Shown here: positions 28,043 through 40,896 of the stretch, piece after piece | Position numbering within the stretch: position 1 is the stretch's first letter | Layout of the letters: each line of letters opens with the position of its first letter | NCBI GenBank assembly: GCA_023251095.1 | Contig: JAHEZL010000012.1 | Location: 42,243 to 106,242, forward strand | Direction: 5' to 3' | Origin: Flavobacteriales bacterium | GTDB taxonomy: Bacteria > Bacteroidota > Bacteroidia > Flavobacteriales_C > GCA-002722245 | Length of the DNA stretch: 64,000 bases | Translations under genes and position numbers: made by a program | Notes under the pieces: model-generated | The model's input: only the letters and a program-made list of their open reading frames with translations | Database searches by the model: none | What the model was told of the DNA's origin: nothing

Positions 28043-29065
28043 ATGAAGGCTTTATTTTATTTTATTTTAACAATTGTATTTCTAGGTTCTTGCGCTTCCT
28101 CAACTACAGAAGCTGGTGTTGCAAAGGAATCTCTTTCGAAGTATGCCGTAGGTTTTCACTTGTACGAGCACAATGATTCCATGGAAGTACTTATTGGCGA
28201 CAAACATTTTGTTTACGCCAAATCCGTGAAAAATACTTTTGTGATTTCAAGTTCAACCCAATTGACCTTTTTGAAAGAGATGGGTTGTTTTTCTGATATC
28301 ATCGGACTTTTTGATGCCAATATTTACAGCGATTCTTTATTGCTCGACGGATTAAAAAAAGGAAAAATCCTTTCTTTTAAAAACGCTGCATCTCCCGATT
28401 GGGAAGCGCTTTCTGCACATAGCAAAAGCATTGTGTTGGGCTACAAACATTTCCCTTTGCATGAAAAAACGGTGGAAAATTTGAATTTAAATGTAGTTCC
28501 CATTAATGAATACATGGAAGAGCATCCGCTTGGAAAAGCGGAATGGATAAAGGTAATCGGTGTTTTGTCAGGAAAATATGCTGCGGCTGATTCTATCTTT
28601 AAAACGATTGAAGCAAAATACAATGCCGTAAAATCCACCGCTAAGCAAAACGGAGTAAAAGTAATGGCGGGTGAATATTACGATGGATACTGGTCGGTTC
28701 CGGGTTCATCCAGCTATGTTGCTTTAATGATCAGGGATGCGGGAGGGGAGTATCTGGTGAAAAACATTTCACAATCCACGCTTCAGATGAACAAAGAATC
28801 TTTTGCCGAGTTATTGAAATCGGCTCAATACTGGCGCAAATTAACGCCTATGGATTGGCAGGCGAAGGTGTTGAGCAAAGAAGAAGTGCGCTTGCAGTTT
28901 GATGTTTATCCCACTCAGATGAAAGGCATCTTGTATTGCGATGTGAATAAAACGGCTTACTTTGAAAAGGCTTTATTGCATCCCGATGAGGAATTGCAGG
29001 ATTTAATTACGGAATTGAACGGTGGCGAAGGAAAAATTTTTTACAGATTGATAAAAGTTGACTAG
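28043..29065 (+). CDS. ABC transporter substrate-binding lipoprotein (iron complex/cobalamin)
   Basis: LGSC lipobox, EYMEEHPLGKAEWIK, operon context. Confidence 0.85.
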   Translation: MKALFYFILTIVFLGSCASSTTEAGVAKESLSKYAVGFHLYEHNDSMEVLIGDKHFVYAKSVKNTFVISSSTQLTFLKEMGCFSDIIGLFDANIYSDSLLLDGLKKGKILSFKNAASPDWEALSAHSKSIVLGYKHFPLHEKTVENLNLNVVPINEYMEEHPLGKAEWIKVIGVLSGKYAAADSIFKTIEAKYNAVKSTAKQNGVKVMAGEYYDGYWSVPGSSSYVALMIRDAGGEYLVKNISQSTLQMNKESFAELLKSAQYWRKLTPMDWQAKVLSKEEVRLQFDVYPTQMKGILYCDVNKTAYFEKALLHPDEELQDLITELNGGEGKIFYRLIKVD

Positions 29066-30074
29066 CATAAAACACATATTGCTCAGGGAGAAAAGAAGAT
29101 TCCGTTTGTGGATGCTGCTTTTGCTTTTGATCATTGTACTTTTTTCAATTTTAGAATTGAGTTTGGGAAGTGCGGGAGTTTCTTTTGTAGAAGTTTTCAA
29201 TCCGCAGGACGACTACTCAAAATTTGTTTTACAGGAAATCAGGATCCCGCGTTTGCTCACCGCTTTATTGATTGGCGGAGCTTTGTCGTTTTCGGGATTA
29301 GTACTGCAAACTGTTTTCAGAAATCCTTTGGTCGGCCCGTCGGTACTGGGGATTTCATCCGGAGCCAGTTTGGGTGTGGCTTTGGTGACTATGGCCGGAG
29401 TTTCTTCTTTCTCCAATTCAGATGTGCCTAAAGTATTTGCTGCCATTGTGTTTTCAATGGGAGTGCTGCTGTTGTTGTTTTCGGTGGCGGGTCGTTTCAG
29501 AGACAATGCTTCGGTGTTGATTGTTGGAATGCTCATCAGTTATCTGGCAGGTGCTGTTGTGGATATATTGATTTTCATGAGTGATAACGATGCTTTAAAA
29601 GAATTTACCTTATGGGGAATGGGTTCTTTTTCGCGCATGAATTACGGAGAGATTCTGGTGGTTTCTGTTTTGTTGCTCATCGCTTATGTGATCGTTTACC
29701 GCAATCGTCACTTAATGAATTTGTATCTTATAGGAGAGCTGGATGAAGTAAATGAAAAAAAGAAAAGGCGTTTGGTGTTTTTACTTATCATCATTGCCGG
29801 AGTAACTACTGCTTTTGTAACGGCGTTTTGCGGACCGATAGCTTTTATTGGCATTGCCATTCCTAATCTGATGCGTTTTGTTTTAAAAATTTCCGACCAT
29901 AAATATTTGCTTCCGGGTACTGTTTTATTGGGCGCTGCAGTTGCCGTGATGTGCGATTTACTGTCGGCAATGCCCTGGTCCGACCATTCTTTACCGGTAA
30001 ATGCCGTGACTTCCCTTTTTGGGATTCCTATTATAGTATTCATGATTTTTAAATCGCGACACAAAACTTTATGA
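29058..30074 (+). CDS. FecCD/BtuC-family ABC permease
   Basis: RIPRLLTA, QTVFRNPLVGPSVLGISSGA, GPIAFIG. Confidence 0.93.
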   Translation: MTSIKHILLREKRRFRLWMLLLLLIIVLFSILELSLGSAGVSFVEVFNPQDDYSKFVLQEIRIPRLLTALLIGGALSFSGLVLQTVFRNPLVGPSVLGISSGASLGVALVTMAGVSSFSNSDVPKVFAAIVFSMGVLLLLFSVAGRFRDNASVLIVGMLISYLAGAVVDILIFMSDNDALKEFTLWGMGSFSRMNYGEILVVSVLLLIAYVIVYRNRHLMNLYLIGELDEVNEKKKRRLVFLLIIIAGVTTAFVTAFCGPIAFIGIAIPNLMRFVLKISDHKYLLPGTVLLGAAVAVMCDLLSAMPWSDHSLPVNAVTSLFGIPIIVFMIFKSRHKTL

Positions 30075-30775
30075 GTTTATCAGGGGAAAATATTGTTTTC
30101 GGTTATGATGCGAAACCTTTGGTAAATGCTTTCAGTTTTGAAGTACAGTCCGGTAAAGTTGTAGCAATATTGGGATTGAACGGCAGTGGTAAAACAACTT
30201 TTTTTAAAACACTGATGGGTGGAATTCCGTTGATTGACGGTACTTTACTGTGGAACGGAAAAGACATTAAAGATTTATCTTTTTCAGAACGGCACCAAAT
30301 ATTTTCATGGCTTCCGGCACGCAAAGTAATTGAAGAGCGCCTAAAGGTTTTTGAAGTACTTACTTTTTCGGCTCCGGTTAATCTTTTGAAGCAGGAAGAA
30401 GATTTGTCGGAAATGGATGAAGTGATTCGCTTGATGGGAATTGAATCCTTTTTAGAAAAATCGTATCATGAGTTAAGTGAGGGACAAAAAAAGAAGGTGG
30501 AAATTGCTGCTTTGCTCATGAAAAAATCCTCCGTTATTCTATTGGACGAACCTTCCGTTTTTTTAGATATTGCCAATCAGGCTGATCTGGTAAAAGCGAT
30601 TAAACAATTGAGTAAAGAAAAAGGAAAAACCATTTTTATAAGTTCTCATAATCTCGATTTTATTAGATCTTGTGCCGATGTGTGTTGGGAGATTTCAGGA
30701 TCTCAAGTTGTTGTTAATGATAGCGTTGCTGATATTTTGATGAGTTATTCTGATAACATTAACAGGGATTGTTAA
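30071..30775 (+). CDS. ABC transporter ATP-binding protein
   Basis: GLNGSGKT, LSEGQ, LLDEP, SSH. Confidence 0.93.
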   Translation: MSLSGENIVFGYDAKPLVNAFSFEVQSGKVVAILGLNGSGKTTFFKTLMGGIPLIDGTLLWNGKDIKDLSFSERHQIFSWLPARKVIEERLKVFEVLTFSAPVNLLKQEEDLSEMDEVIRLMGIESFLEKSYHELSEGQKKKVEIAALLMKKSSVILLDEPSVFLDIANQADLVKAIKQLSKEKGKTIFISSHNLDFIRSCADVCWEISGSQVVVNDSVADILMSYSDNINRDC

Positions 30776-30843
30776 AAAAAAATGTTTCCTGGTACTGGTG
30801 CCGGGATAAATAATTTTTTAAATTGCATTAGTAATTTACTAAA

Positions 30844-31215
30844 GTGGTTAAAACAACAACCAGTGCTATAGAGATTGATGATTTTGGAGTTATTCACAAT
30901 ACCTTCAAAACCCGTTCGGCTTTTAAAACCGTTTATATACTGGAGCAAGCCAATACCATTCGTCAGATTTTAAATGGAAAAAAAGCTCCTATCATGGTGG
31001 ATGTTTTAAAAGTCGACAAAATTAAAATATCCCTTTATTCCAAATTATTTCACAATAACAATTTAGAAAATGCTTCTGCAATAGCCGTTTTAGTAAATTC
31101 AGTACTTCAGAAAAAAATTCTTAATTTTTGGTACCGTGGCAAAAAGCAATCTTGTCCTTTAATGGTGTTCACTTGTAAAATAGAGGCCAACAGTTGGCTC
31201 CAGGCTCATGTTTAA
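30844..31215 (+). CDS. Hypothetical protein, STAS/SpoIIAA-like fold suspected
   Basis: ~120 aa; AIAVLVNS...F....EA..WL ending typical of SpoIIAA-like proteins. Confidence 0.5.
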   Translation: MVKTTTSAIEIDDFGVIHNTFKTRSAFKTVYILEQANTIRQILNGKKAPIMVDVLKVDKIKISLYSKLFHNNNLENASAIAVLVNSVLQKKILNFWYRGKKQSCPLMVFTCKIEANSWLQAHV

Positions 31216-32023
31216 TAAAATACTTTTCCAACTTCTTTTTTCTGTTTTACTTGCGTTTAATTGCTTCGCCGCAAAAGTGGAAGAGATTAAAATCAACAGC
31301 GTTTATCTGGGGAAAGAATCGCCGCTCACTATTGTTATTCCTGATGCTTATTCCGTTTCTGATTCATTGCCGGTGATTTTTTTGTTGCATGGTTATAGCG
31401 GCGACAATAACAATTACGTGAAAAACATCAAGGAATTACTAAGTACCGTTGATGCATTGAAAATTATTGTGGTGTGTGTTAACGGGGAAAATGCTTGGTA
31501 CATGGACAGTCCGGTTAAAAAAGAATCCCGCTATGAATCGTACATTATTAAAGAGTTGATTCCCTTTATTTCCGATAAGTATAAAGTATACCGCTCAGGC
31601 AATAAAAGAGGAATTGCCGGGTTAAGCATGGGTGGCTTTGGTGCAGTTTCACTGGGTTTTAAAAACCCTTCGTATTTCGGGTATGTAGGAAGCACCAGTG
31701 GAGGAATGGACATCCTTCCTTTCCCTGGAAATTGGGAATTGAATAAGGTGTTAGGTGATCAGAAAGATAACATGCAGCAATGGAAAACTTATTCTCCTTT
31801 GTATTTTATAGACAACATCGACATGAAAAAAATAAAATTCAAATTGGTTCTGGATTGTGGTAAAGGTGATTTCTTTTTCGAGGCCAACAATCAGTTTGAT
31901 ACGAAACTCACAAAGTCGGGATTTGCCCATGAATACCTCATTGCCGAGGGAGTTCACAACTGGGAATACTGGAACAAAACCATTCCTGTGCATTTGAATA
32001 AGTTTTGCGAAGCGGTAAGATAA
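31208..32023 (+). CDS. Exported alpha/beta-hydrolase esterase (CE1/tributyrin esterase-like)
   Basis: LLHG, GLSMGG nucleophile elbow, DCG..D, GVHNWEYW. Confidence 0.9.
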   Translation: MFNKILFQLLFSVLLAFNCFAAKVEEIKINSVYLGKESPLTIVIPDAYSVSDSLPVIFLLHGYSGDNNNYVKNIKELLSTVDALKIIVVCVNGENAWYMDSPVKKESRYESYIIKELIPFISDKYKVYRSGNKRGIAGLSMGGFGAVSLGFKNPSYFGYVGSTSGGMDILPFPGNWELNKVLGDQKDNMQQWKTYSPLYFIDNIDMKKIKFKLVLDCGKGDFFFEANNQFDTKLTKSGFAHEYLIAEGVHNWEYWNKTIPVHLNKFCEAVR

Positions 32024-32035
32024 GTGTGCTTAACA

Positions 32036-32977
32036 ATGAATAAACTCTGCCTTTTATTTTTGATTTTACTCGCCAACAATTCCTTTGCTCAAAGGGATAC
32101 CGTGTTTTTGCATTATAAAATTCTCAACGATAAAGAAACAAGATTGGCGCAGTACAAAGATTCCGACGCCGATTTAAAATTGAAGCTGCAGCAATTGCTG
32201 CTGGTGAATGAAAGTCGCAAACAACACAAGGCTGCCGAAGTGCAGCTGGATATTTTAGCTTCCCGTGTTGCCAATAAAATGTGCAAAGAGGCAGCCGAAA
32301 ATAATTTCAACGGGCATTTTAATATGGCCGGTGAAAAACCTTACCATCGCTATGCTTTTGCCGGCGGAAAGGATCATGTATCGGAAAATGCTTCGGGCTA
32401 TTGGACTTCCGGAGAACTCGCTTCGGATAGCGCTTCTATACTGGGATTGATGAAGGAAATGCATTCTGCCTTCATGGACGAAAAAGCTCCTAACGACGGA
32501 CATAAAAAAAACTGTATAGAGAAAGCGCACAATTACGTGGGACTCGGATTTTACATCAACAATCAGCAGTTTCGCTACTATGAGGAATTCATTGATCGCT
32601 ACTATATTTTTGAAAGTGTCCCCGATACGGTGCAAGTAAAACAGGAAATCACTCTAAAAATCAAGCCCGAACAAGGAAAATATTTTTATTGCCTCTTTGC
32701 TTTTTATGAAAAAGGATTGCAGCCAATGACGGTTACAGCGATCAACAGAACAAGTTCTTATGCCGATTATTCCAACACAATGGCGGAGGATTTATGGCCT
32801 GCCGATTTAGCCGAATTCAGAAAGGGCGATGTTTACGAGATAAAATTAAAATTTAAAAAGAAGGGCATTTATTACATTCATATTTGTGAGGACGCAAAGG
32901 AATATCGTAAAGCTCCGCGACGGGCGTCAAGCAATGGAAAATTGCAGGCCAGCGGGATTGTGATTGTGGTGGAGTAA
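32036..32977 (+). CDS. Exported CAP (SCP)-domain protein
   Basis: Signal peptide from ATG 32036; VNESR..H, GHF, EN, GHKKN, VGLG. Confidence 0.75.
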   Translation: MNKLCLLFLILLANNSFAQRDTVFLHYKILNDKETRLAQYKDSDADLKLKLQQLLLVNESRKQHKAAEVQLDILASRVANKMCKEAAENNFNGHFNMAGEKPYHRYAFAGGKDHVSENASGYWTSGELASDSASILGLMKEMHSAFMDEKAPNDGHKKNCIEKAHNYVGLGFYINNQQFRYYEEFIDRYYIFESVPDTVQVKQEITLKIKPEQGKYFYCLFAFYEKGLQPMTVTAINRTSSYADYSNTMAEDLWPADLAEFRKGDVYEIKLKFKKKGIYYIHICEDAKEYRKAPRRASSNGKLQASGIVIVVE

Positions 32978-33020
32978 TTCCCCTCTTTTTTTCTTATTTT
33001 AGCGACTTCAATTTTCAATT

Positions 33021-34352
33021 ATGTTCGATAGTTTATCAGATAAGTTAGACAGAGCCCTCAAAGTCCTTAAGGGACAAGGGAAAATCACCGATATCAACGT
33101 TGCCGAAACCCTCAAGGAAGTTCGTAAAGCTTTGTTGGATGCCGACGTTAGTTTTAAGGTAGCCAAGGATTTTTGTGAAAGGGTGAAGGACAAAGCAATG
33201 GGACAGAATGTTCTCACGGCTGTAAGTCCGAGTCAGTTATTAGTGAAAATTGTTCACGATGAATTGACGGAATTGATGGGCGGAACAGAAACCGACATCA
33301 ATCTCAAAGGCAATCCGGCCATCATATTAATTGCAGGTTTACAAGGTTCGGGTAAAACTACCTTCACCGGAAAATTCGCTAATTATTTAAAAACCAAAAA
33401 AGGAAAAAATCCTTTGCTCGTTGCTGGCGACGTGTACCGTCCGGCTGCGATTGATCAGTTAGAGGTGCTGGGCGCTCAAATCGGATGTAAAGTATTTGCC
33501 AATCGCGAAAGCAAAGATCCGGTGGCTATTGCTAAAGCAGCCATCGATTTCGCAAAACAAAACAGTCACAATGTTGTTATCATAGATACTGCTGGTCGTT
33601 TGGCTGTTGATGAAATGATGATGGATGAAATTGCCAACGTTAAAAAGGCGGTTTCACCGGGTGAGATTTTATTTGTGGTGGATTCCATGACGGGGCAGGA
33701 TGCGGTGAATACTGCAAAAGCTTTCAACGACAGATTGAATTTTGATGGGGTTGTCCTCACTAAATTAGATGGTGATACACGAGGTGGAGCAGCACTTTCT
33801 ATTCGTGAAATAGTCAACAAGCCTATCAAGTTTGTTGGTACTGGCGAGAAGATGGAAGCGCTGGATGTTTTCTATCCTAAGCGTATGGCCGATAGAATCC
33901 TGGGAATGGGGGATATCGTGAGTTTGGTGGAAAAAGCACAGGAGCAGTTTGATGAAGAAGCGGCGCGTAAACTTCAAAAGAAAATTCACAAAAACGAATT
34001 CAATTTCAACGACTTTATAGAACAAATTCAGCAAATCAAAAAGATGGGTAACATCAAAGATTTGATGGGGATGATTCCCGGAATCGGTAAAGCGATGAAA
34101 GGCGTGGAGATCAATGATGATGCGTTCAAAGGCATTGAAGCCATCATTCAAAGTATGACTCCGGCCGAAAGAGAAAATCCGACTTTGCTCAATGGCAATC
34201 GCAAAAAAAGAATTGCTAGCGGTAGCGGACAAGGCATACAAGAAGTAAATAAACTCATCAAGCAATTTGAAGACACATCTAAAATGATGAAGATGATGTC
34301 CAACAAATCCAACATGATGAAAATGATGAAAAATTTCCCAGGAATGGGCTAA
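33021..34352 (+). CDS. ffh: Signal recognition particle protein
   Basis: GLQGSGKTT, DTAGR, TKLDGD, Met-rich M domain. Confidence 0.98.
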   Translation: MFDSLSDKLDRALKVLKGQGKITDINVAETLKEVRKALLDADVSFKVAKDFCERVKDKAMGQNVLTAVSPSQLLVKIVHDELTELMGGTETDINLKGNPAIILIAGLQGSGKTTFTGKFANYLKTKKGKNPLLVAGDVYRPAAIDQLEVLGAQIGCKVFANRESKDPVAIAKAAIDFAKQNSHNVVIIDTAGRLAVDEMMMDEIANVKKAVSPGEILFVVDSMTGQDAVNTAKAFNDRLNFDGVVLTKLDGDTRGGAALSIREIVNKPIKFVGTGEKMEALDVFYPKRMADRILGMGDIVSLVEKAQEQFDEEAARKLQKKIHKNEFNFNDFIEQIQQIKKMGNIKDLMGMIPGIGKAMKGVEINDDAFKGIEAIIQSMTPAERENPTLLNGNRKKRIASGSGQGIQEVNKLIKQFEDTSKMMKMMSNKSNMMKMMKNFPGMG

Positions 34353-34363
34353 ACCAATAAGCT

Positions 34364-35245
34364 ATGATCTTACTCGACGGCAAAAAAATATCGGCAGAAG
34401 TTAAAGCTGAAATCAAAATTGAAGTGGATAAACTCCGTGAGTCAGGCGGAAAAATTCCTCATTTGGCAGCGGTTTTAGTAGGTACCGATGGTGCCAGCGA
34501 AACTTACGTAGGCAGCAAAGTGCGTTCTTGCGAAGAAGTTGGATTTCGTTCTTCACTCATCAGAATGGAGGCTGCAACAAAAGAGGATGAGCTCATGAAA
34601 GTAATTGAGGGGCTCAACAACAATCCAGATGTGGATGGCTTCATCGTTCAATTGCCTTTGCCAAAACACATCAACGAAGAAAATGTCACCAAAGCTATTT
34701 TGCCTGAGAAAGATGTAGATGGTTTTCATCCTGTGAATGTTGGCAGAATGACCCTCGGACAACCTTCGTACATTTCTGCAACGCCTTATGGCATCATTCA
34801 AATGCTGGAAAAATACAATATTGAAACCTCAGGAAAACATTGCGTGGTAGTGGGAAGAAGCAATATTGTGGGTCGCCCGATGAGCATCCTGATGTCGCAA
34901 ACTTCAAAATTCGCCAACTGTACCGTAACGCTGTGTCACAGCAGAACCAAGGATTTGGCGAGCTTTACCCGCATGGCCGATATTTTAATTGTGGCTTTAG
35001 GAAAAGCCGAATTTGTTACTGCCGACATGGTAAAAGACGGCGCTATCGTGATTGATGTTGGCATTACCCGCGTGGCCGATGCTTCTAAAAAAAGCGGTTA
35101 CACCATTAAAGGTGATGTGAAGTTTGATGAAGTAGCTCCAAAATGTTCTTATATCACGCCTGTTCCGGGAGGTGTTGGTTTGATGACGGTTGCTTCTTTG
35201 ATGAAAAACACTTTACTCTCTGCAAAAAAAGAAATTTATAAGTAA
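34364..35245 (+). CDS. folD: Methylene-THF dehydrogenase/cyclohydrolase
   Basis: [29 protein letters not shown]. Confidence 0.98.
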   Translation: MILLDGKKISAEVKAEIKIEVDKLRESGGKIPHLAAVLVGTDGASETYVGSKVRSCEEVGFRSSLIRMEAATKEDELMKVIEGLNNNPDVDGFIVQLPLPKHINEENVTKAILPEKDVDGFHPVNVGRMTLGQPSYISATPYGIIQMLEKYNIETSGKHCVVVGRSNIVGRPMSILMSQTSKFANCTVTLCHSRTKDLASFTRMADILIVALGKAEFVTADMVKDGAIVIDVGITRVADASKKSGYTIKGDVKFDEVAPKCSYITPVPGGVGLMTVASLMKNTLLSAKKEIYK

Positions 35246-36054
35246 TGAATCGCCTTTGGTATTTAGTGTTTGTCGTTTTCTTTTCCTGCGCTGGACAAAA
35301 TACTTCTACTGAAGAAAATGAAATCCAAAGCTTAATTGACTCTGCCGATGTTTTGCTGAAAAAAGAAAATTTCAGCGCGTCATTTTCCTGTCTGGAAAAA
35401 GCCAGAGTTCTTGATTCCACTAACATTGAAGTGAATTTAAAACTGAGTCAGTTTTACTTGTTTTTAAAACAATGGGAACCTGCCATTGCCCGCGCCAACG
35501 ATGCGTTGAAAGCAGATCGCACCAACGCCAAAGCATACTTTTTAAAAGGCATGGCCTTCAAAGATTTTGGAGATACAACAAAAGCTATTTCCAATTTTCA
35601 AACGGCGATTGAACAGGATGCTGATTTCTATGAGCCTTTTATTCAGTTGGGATTGATCAGCACAGCCCAACATGATTCGGCTGCAATTGTTTATTTTTCT
35701 AATGCGCTCCTTTTAAAACCCGCTTCTTCTGAGGCAATTTATGGTAAAGCCTGGTTTTGTCAAAGTCATGGAAAATGGAATCAGGCTTTGGACTTGTATC
35801 AATTGATTGAACGCGGACAGCCTCAGTATTTCAACGCACAATACAATTGCGGTTATTTGTTTTTCAATGCAAAAGATTACGCTTCTGCTTTAAAATTTTT
35901 CAATGAAGCAGCGAAATATAAAATTCCGAAGGCACAGTACATGAAGGGCCTCACCTTTGAAGCCATCGGTAAAAAAGACTCCGCTCAGGTTTATTATCGC
36001 AGATGTTTGGCGATTGATTCGGGTTATGTAGAGGCTAAAAAAAGATTAAGGTAA
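35245..36054 (+). CDS. TPR-repeat lipoprotein
   Basis: FFSC lipobox, repeated TPR-like helices (AYFLKGMAF..GD...AI..F). Confidence 0.88.
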   Translation: MNRLWYLVFVVFFSCAGQNTSTEENEIQSLIDSADVLLKKENFSASFSCLEKARVLDSTNIEVNLKLSQFYLFLKQWEPAIARANDALKADRTNAKAYFLKGMAFKDFGDTTKAISNFQTAIEQDADFYEPFIQLGLISTAQHDSAAIVYFSNALLLKPASSEAIYGKAWFCQSHGKWNQALDLYQLIERGQPQYFNAQYNCGYLFFNAKDYASALKFFNEAAKYKIPKAQYMKGLTFEAIGKKDSAQVYYRRCLAIDSGYVEAKKRLR

Positions 36055-36065
36055 TTATGGTCTTT

Positions 36066-36141
36066 GTAGAGACGGAAGATTTTCCGTCTCCGATAAAATA
36101 CGTCAGAAAATTATTTAAGACGCAAAATTTTGCGTCTCTAC
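36066..36141. repeat. GTAG-type REP doublet (REPIN-like)
   Basis: GTAGAGACGGAAGATTTTCCGTCTC and inverted AGACGCAAAATTTTGCGTCTCTAC. Confidence 0.8.
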
Positions 36142-36230
36142 AAGAAACCAGCCCCAAAAAACTATCGATTTACCAGATAAATACAGCCTTTTTTATATAT
36201 TTGCCCCTCTTACTAACACGCATAAATTAA

Positions 36231-38465
<2,235 letters not shown>

Positions 38466-38490
38466 GGAAATAGAAATAATAAATAAGAGG

Positions 38491-38524
38491 AAATCCATCC
38501 GTCAGCCGACGGATGGATTTTTTT
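38491..38524 (+). terminator. Rho-independent terminator after icd; left border of the defence island
   Basis: AAATCCATCCGTC-AGCC-GACGGATGGATTT followed by T run. Confidence 0.9.
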
Positions 38525-38543
38525 GTTTTCTGAGAACGGATTT

Positions 38544-39680
38544 TTATTTCACCAAACTTATTTGTGAAGAGTATTTTGAATATAAATCATAAATAATACC
38601 GATCAATGTTTCAATTATATCATTCCAATCCGAATCATTTTTTATGTTTATTTTTAATGCTGATCTAAAATGAGCAATTGAATTTCTAGTTTGGTAAATA
38701 TGTTTTGATATAAGAGGGATTTCATTGTCCTTTTGTATTGTATCGGTAATTTTAAAGACAGATTTAATACAAGTGACCATTTGAGATACAGAGTCTTTTT
38801 CTTCGATTTCTTTTATAAGCTTTTCTAAAGCTTGATCCTCTCGAGGTCTCCAGTTTAAGTCGATTTCAGTGTTTTGAAATAATTTCTTAAAATGGATTGG
38901 GTCTCCTAAATTATTAGATAGGCATATTAAATAAGGAATTGGATATAAATATTCAATGCATTGATAAAGCTCTAAAAAGGAATGTTTCCATTCCATTGAA
39001 ACTATTGCCCGAAGTAAGTTTCCTCCGATTAAATCAATAGGTAATTCTTCGATTAATAATTTTAGGTTTAATAAAGTATCGCTATAAAAATTTAAATTAA
39101 AATTCTTTTTCTGTTCTATTAAGAATCCTGCGTAAAGTGCTAAAAGTGTATTAGGAGTAATATTAAGATCGATATCTAATTCCCATATTGAAAAGTCACT
39201 AAAAAATTGTGTTAATTCATTTGCTTCAAATGCACCTTCGGCTTTACCTTCTCTAGAAAAAACCTTTTCCATTAATTCATATCGGATATCCCTATTTGAG
39301 ATAGGGAATTTTTCTTGTGAAAACAATAATGTAATTAGTCCAGGATTATGTTTGAAGTCTTGTTCTGTATTGTCAGGATCCAACACTGGATAAACTCCTT
39401 TGAGAGAAAAAGAAGATGTTTCGAATGCTCCTGTTATTATTAAGAATATTCTATCTTCCATTGAAAGTGTGAATATCATCGTTTTGTTAGAGGTCTCTAA
39501 GACTTCATTAATAGAAGCTTTTGTCAGTATTTCTTGTGCAAAACTTTCTTTTTTAGTTTGGATATATCTAATCGTGTCGGATCCTAAATTAAAAGACTTT
39601 ACCGTAGCGTTTTCAGTTGGCAATTCTCTTTCTAATCGTTCAAAGAGAGTTCTGTTTATCTCTTTCTTGTTGTTAGTCAT
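38544..39680 (-). CDS. HEPN-domain protein (putative RNase effector)
   Basis: FLELYQCIEYL helix and C-terminal RNSIAH (RxxxxH) motif. Confidence 0.7.
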   Translation of the reverse strand: MTNNKKEINRTLFERLERELPTENATVKSFNLGSDTIRYIQTKKESFAQEILTKASINEVLETSNKTMIFTLSMEDRIFLIITGAFETSSFSLKGVYPVLDPDNTEQDFKHNPGLITLLFSQEKFPISNRDIRYELMEKVFSREGKAEGAFEANELTQFFSDFSIWELDIDLNITPNTLLALYAGFLIEQKKNFNLNFYSDTLLNLKLLIEELPIDLIGGNLLRAIVSMEWKHSFLELYQCIEYLYPIPYLICLSNNLGDPIHFKKLFQNTEIDLNWRPREDQALEKLIKEIEEKDSVSQMVTCIKSVFKITDTIQKDNEIPLISKHIYQTRNSIAHFRSALKINIKNDSDWNDIIETLIGIIYDLYSKYSSQISLVK

Positions 39681-39698
39681 AGAGAAAAAATAAAAATC

Positions 39699-40895
39699 TT
39701 AATATGCTCGCCAACATGGCTCTAATGATTGGAAGTTAAATTCGTCTGAAAAAATCAAGCGAAAAGCTTCAAGATAAAAGGCTCTTTGCCAATCTCCAAT
39801 TTTATTAGTAGGAGCTTTTTTAATCATTTCATTTAATATTGAAAAAGAGAAAAAATCTTTTTTTTCTTCTGGTTTAAGAAGGTTTATTTTTTCTATCATT
39901 TTTTTTGTTGAGGTCTCTATTTTTTCTAAATATTTTTTTTGTTCATCAGCTGTTTTATTTGTTCCGACACGACCAAATATTAATTGAGAGCAAGCGACAG
40001 TAAAACCAATTTTAGCAGGCATACTATCAAATATATGTCTGCCAATATTTATCTTCCCCTCATCAATGGTTGTTTTAATAGCATCTTCAAAAGCTATATC
40101 CAATTTTGAAATTGATGCAAAAACAGCAATAAAATCTTCTAGGAAATTCTCATTGGCAAGAGCTTCAATTAAATCTAATCTTGTGAAGTCTTCTGCTAGA
40201 ACTGAGGCAGTGTCAATTTTTTCTTTCCTTAATCCAAATGAAAGATACATTTCAATAATATCATCAGCATGAAAATGTCCAGCTTTTAGTCTAGCGCCGT
40301 TCTGATCAATTTTGATGAAAATTATTCTTTGTGCAATATCAGGATATTTGTTTTTAACTCTTTTGTCAATTTCCTTTATTAATGGTTCATAAACAACTTC
40401 TATTTGTCTTCTGAGGTTCCATGGTACTTGACCTGTATTTAAAACTAACATTCTGTATGTTAAACTTTCTGTTTTAGTAGTTACCCAAAATTCGACTCTA
40501 ATATCTCTGTCTTTTGAGTTTTCTAAGCATTCTTTGTATACTGTTGTTCTTTGCATTCCATCAATAATAGAAAATGCATCTTTTGAATGATCACTTATAA
40601 GAGTTAAAAGCTTTTTGTTGTCATCAATTTGTTTGACCCAGTTAAATTTTTCTTGATCAACAACAAGCCCAACAACAACAGAAGGAAATACGGCTTTCTT
40701 TTCAAAATCTTCAATCATTCTTTTTCTAATCCGTATTCCAGAAGTTGATGATAACTTATCTCTTTGACCACTAATTTTACCTTGAGCGTCATATGCAGGA
40801 GTAACCAGTGATATGTAGTTGGAAAGCTTCATTTCTGTTAGAACACTATAGCAATTTGAGCGTTCATCAAATTCTGTATTTAAAAAAGTGTACAT
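39699..40895 (-). CDS. ParB/Srx-like (DUF262/DndB-type) protein
   Basis: GQRD...FPSVVVG...IIDGMQRTT...MLVLNTGQVP, matching the QR / DGxQR / xxxN motif set. Confidence 0.75.
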   Translation of the reverse strand: MYTFLNTEFDERSNCYSVLTEMKLSNYISLVTPAYDAQGKISGQRDKLSSTSGIRIRKRMIEDFEKKAVFPSVVVGLVVDQEKFNWVKQIDDNKKLLTLISDHSKDAFSIIDGMQRTTVYKECLENSKDRDIRVEFWVTTKTESLTYRMLVLNTGQVPWNLRRQIEVVYEPLIKEIDKRVKNKYPDIAQRIIFIKIDQNGARLKAGHFHADDIIEMYLSFGLRKEKIDTASVLAEDFTRLDLIEALANENFLEDFIAVFASISKLDIAFEDAIKTTIDEGKINIGRHIFDSMPAKIGFTVACSQLIFGRVGTNKTADEQKKYLEKIETSTKKMIEKINLLKPEEKKDFFSFSILNEMIKKAPTNKIGDWQRAFYLEAFRLIFSDEFNFQSLEPCWRAY

Positions 40896-40896
40896 G

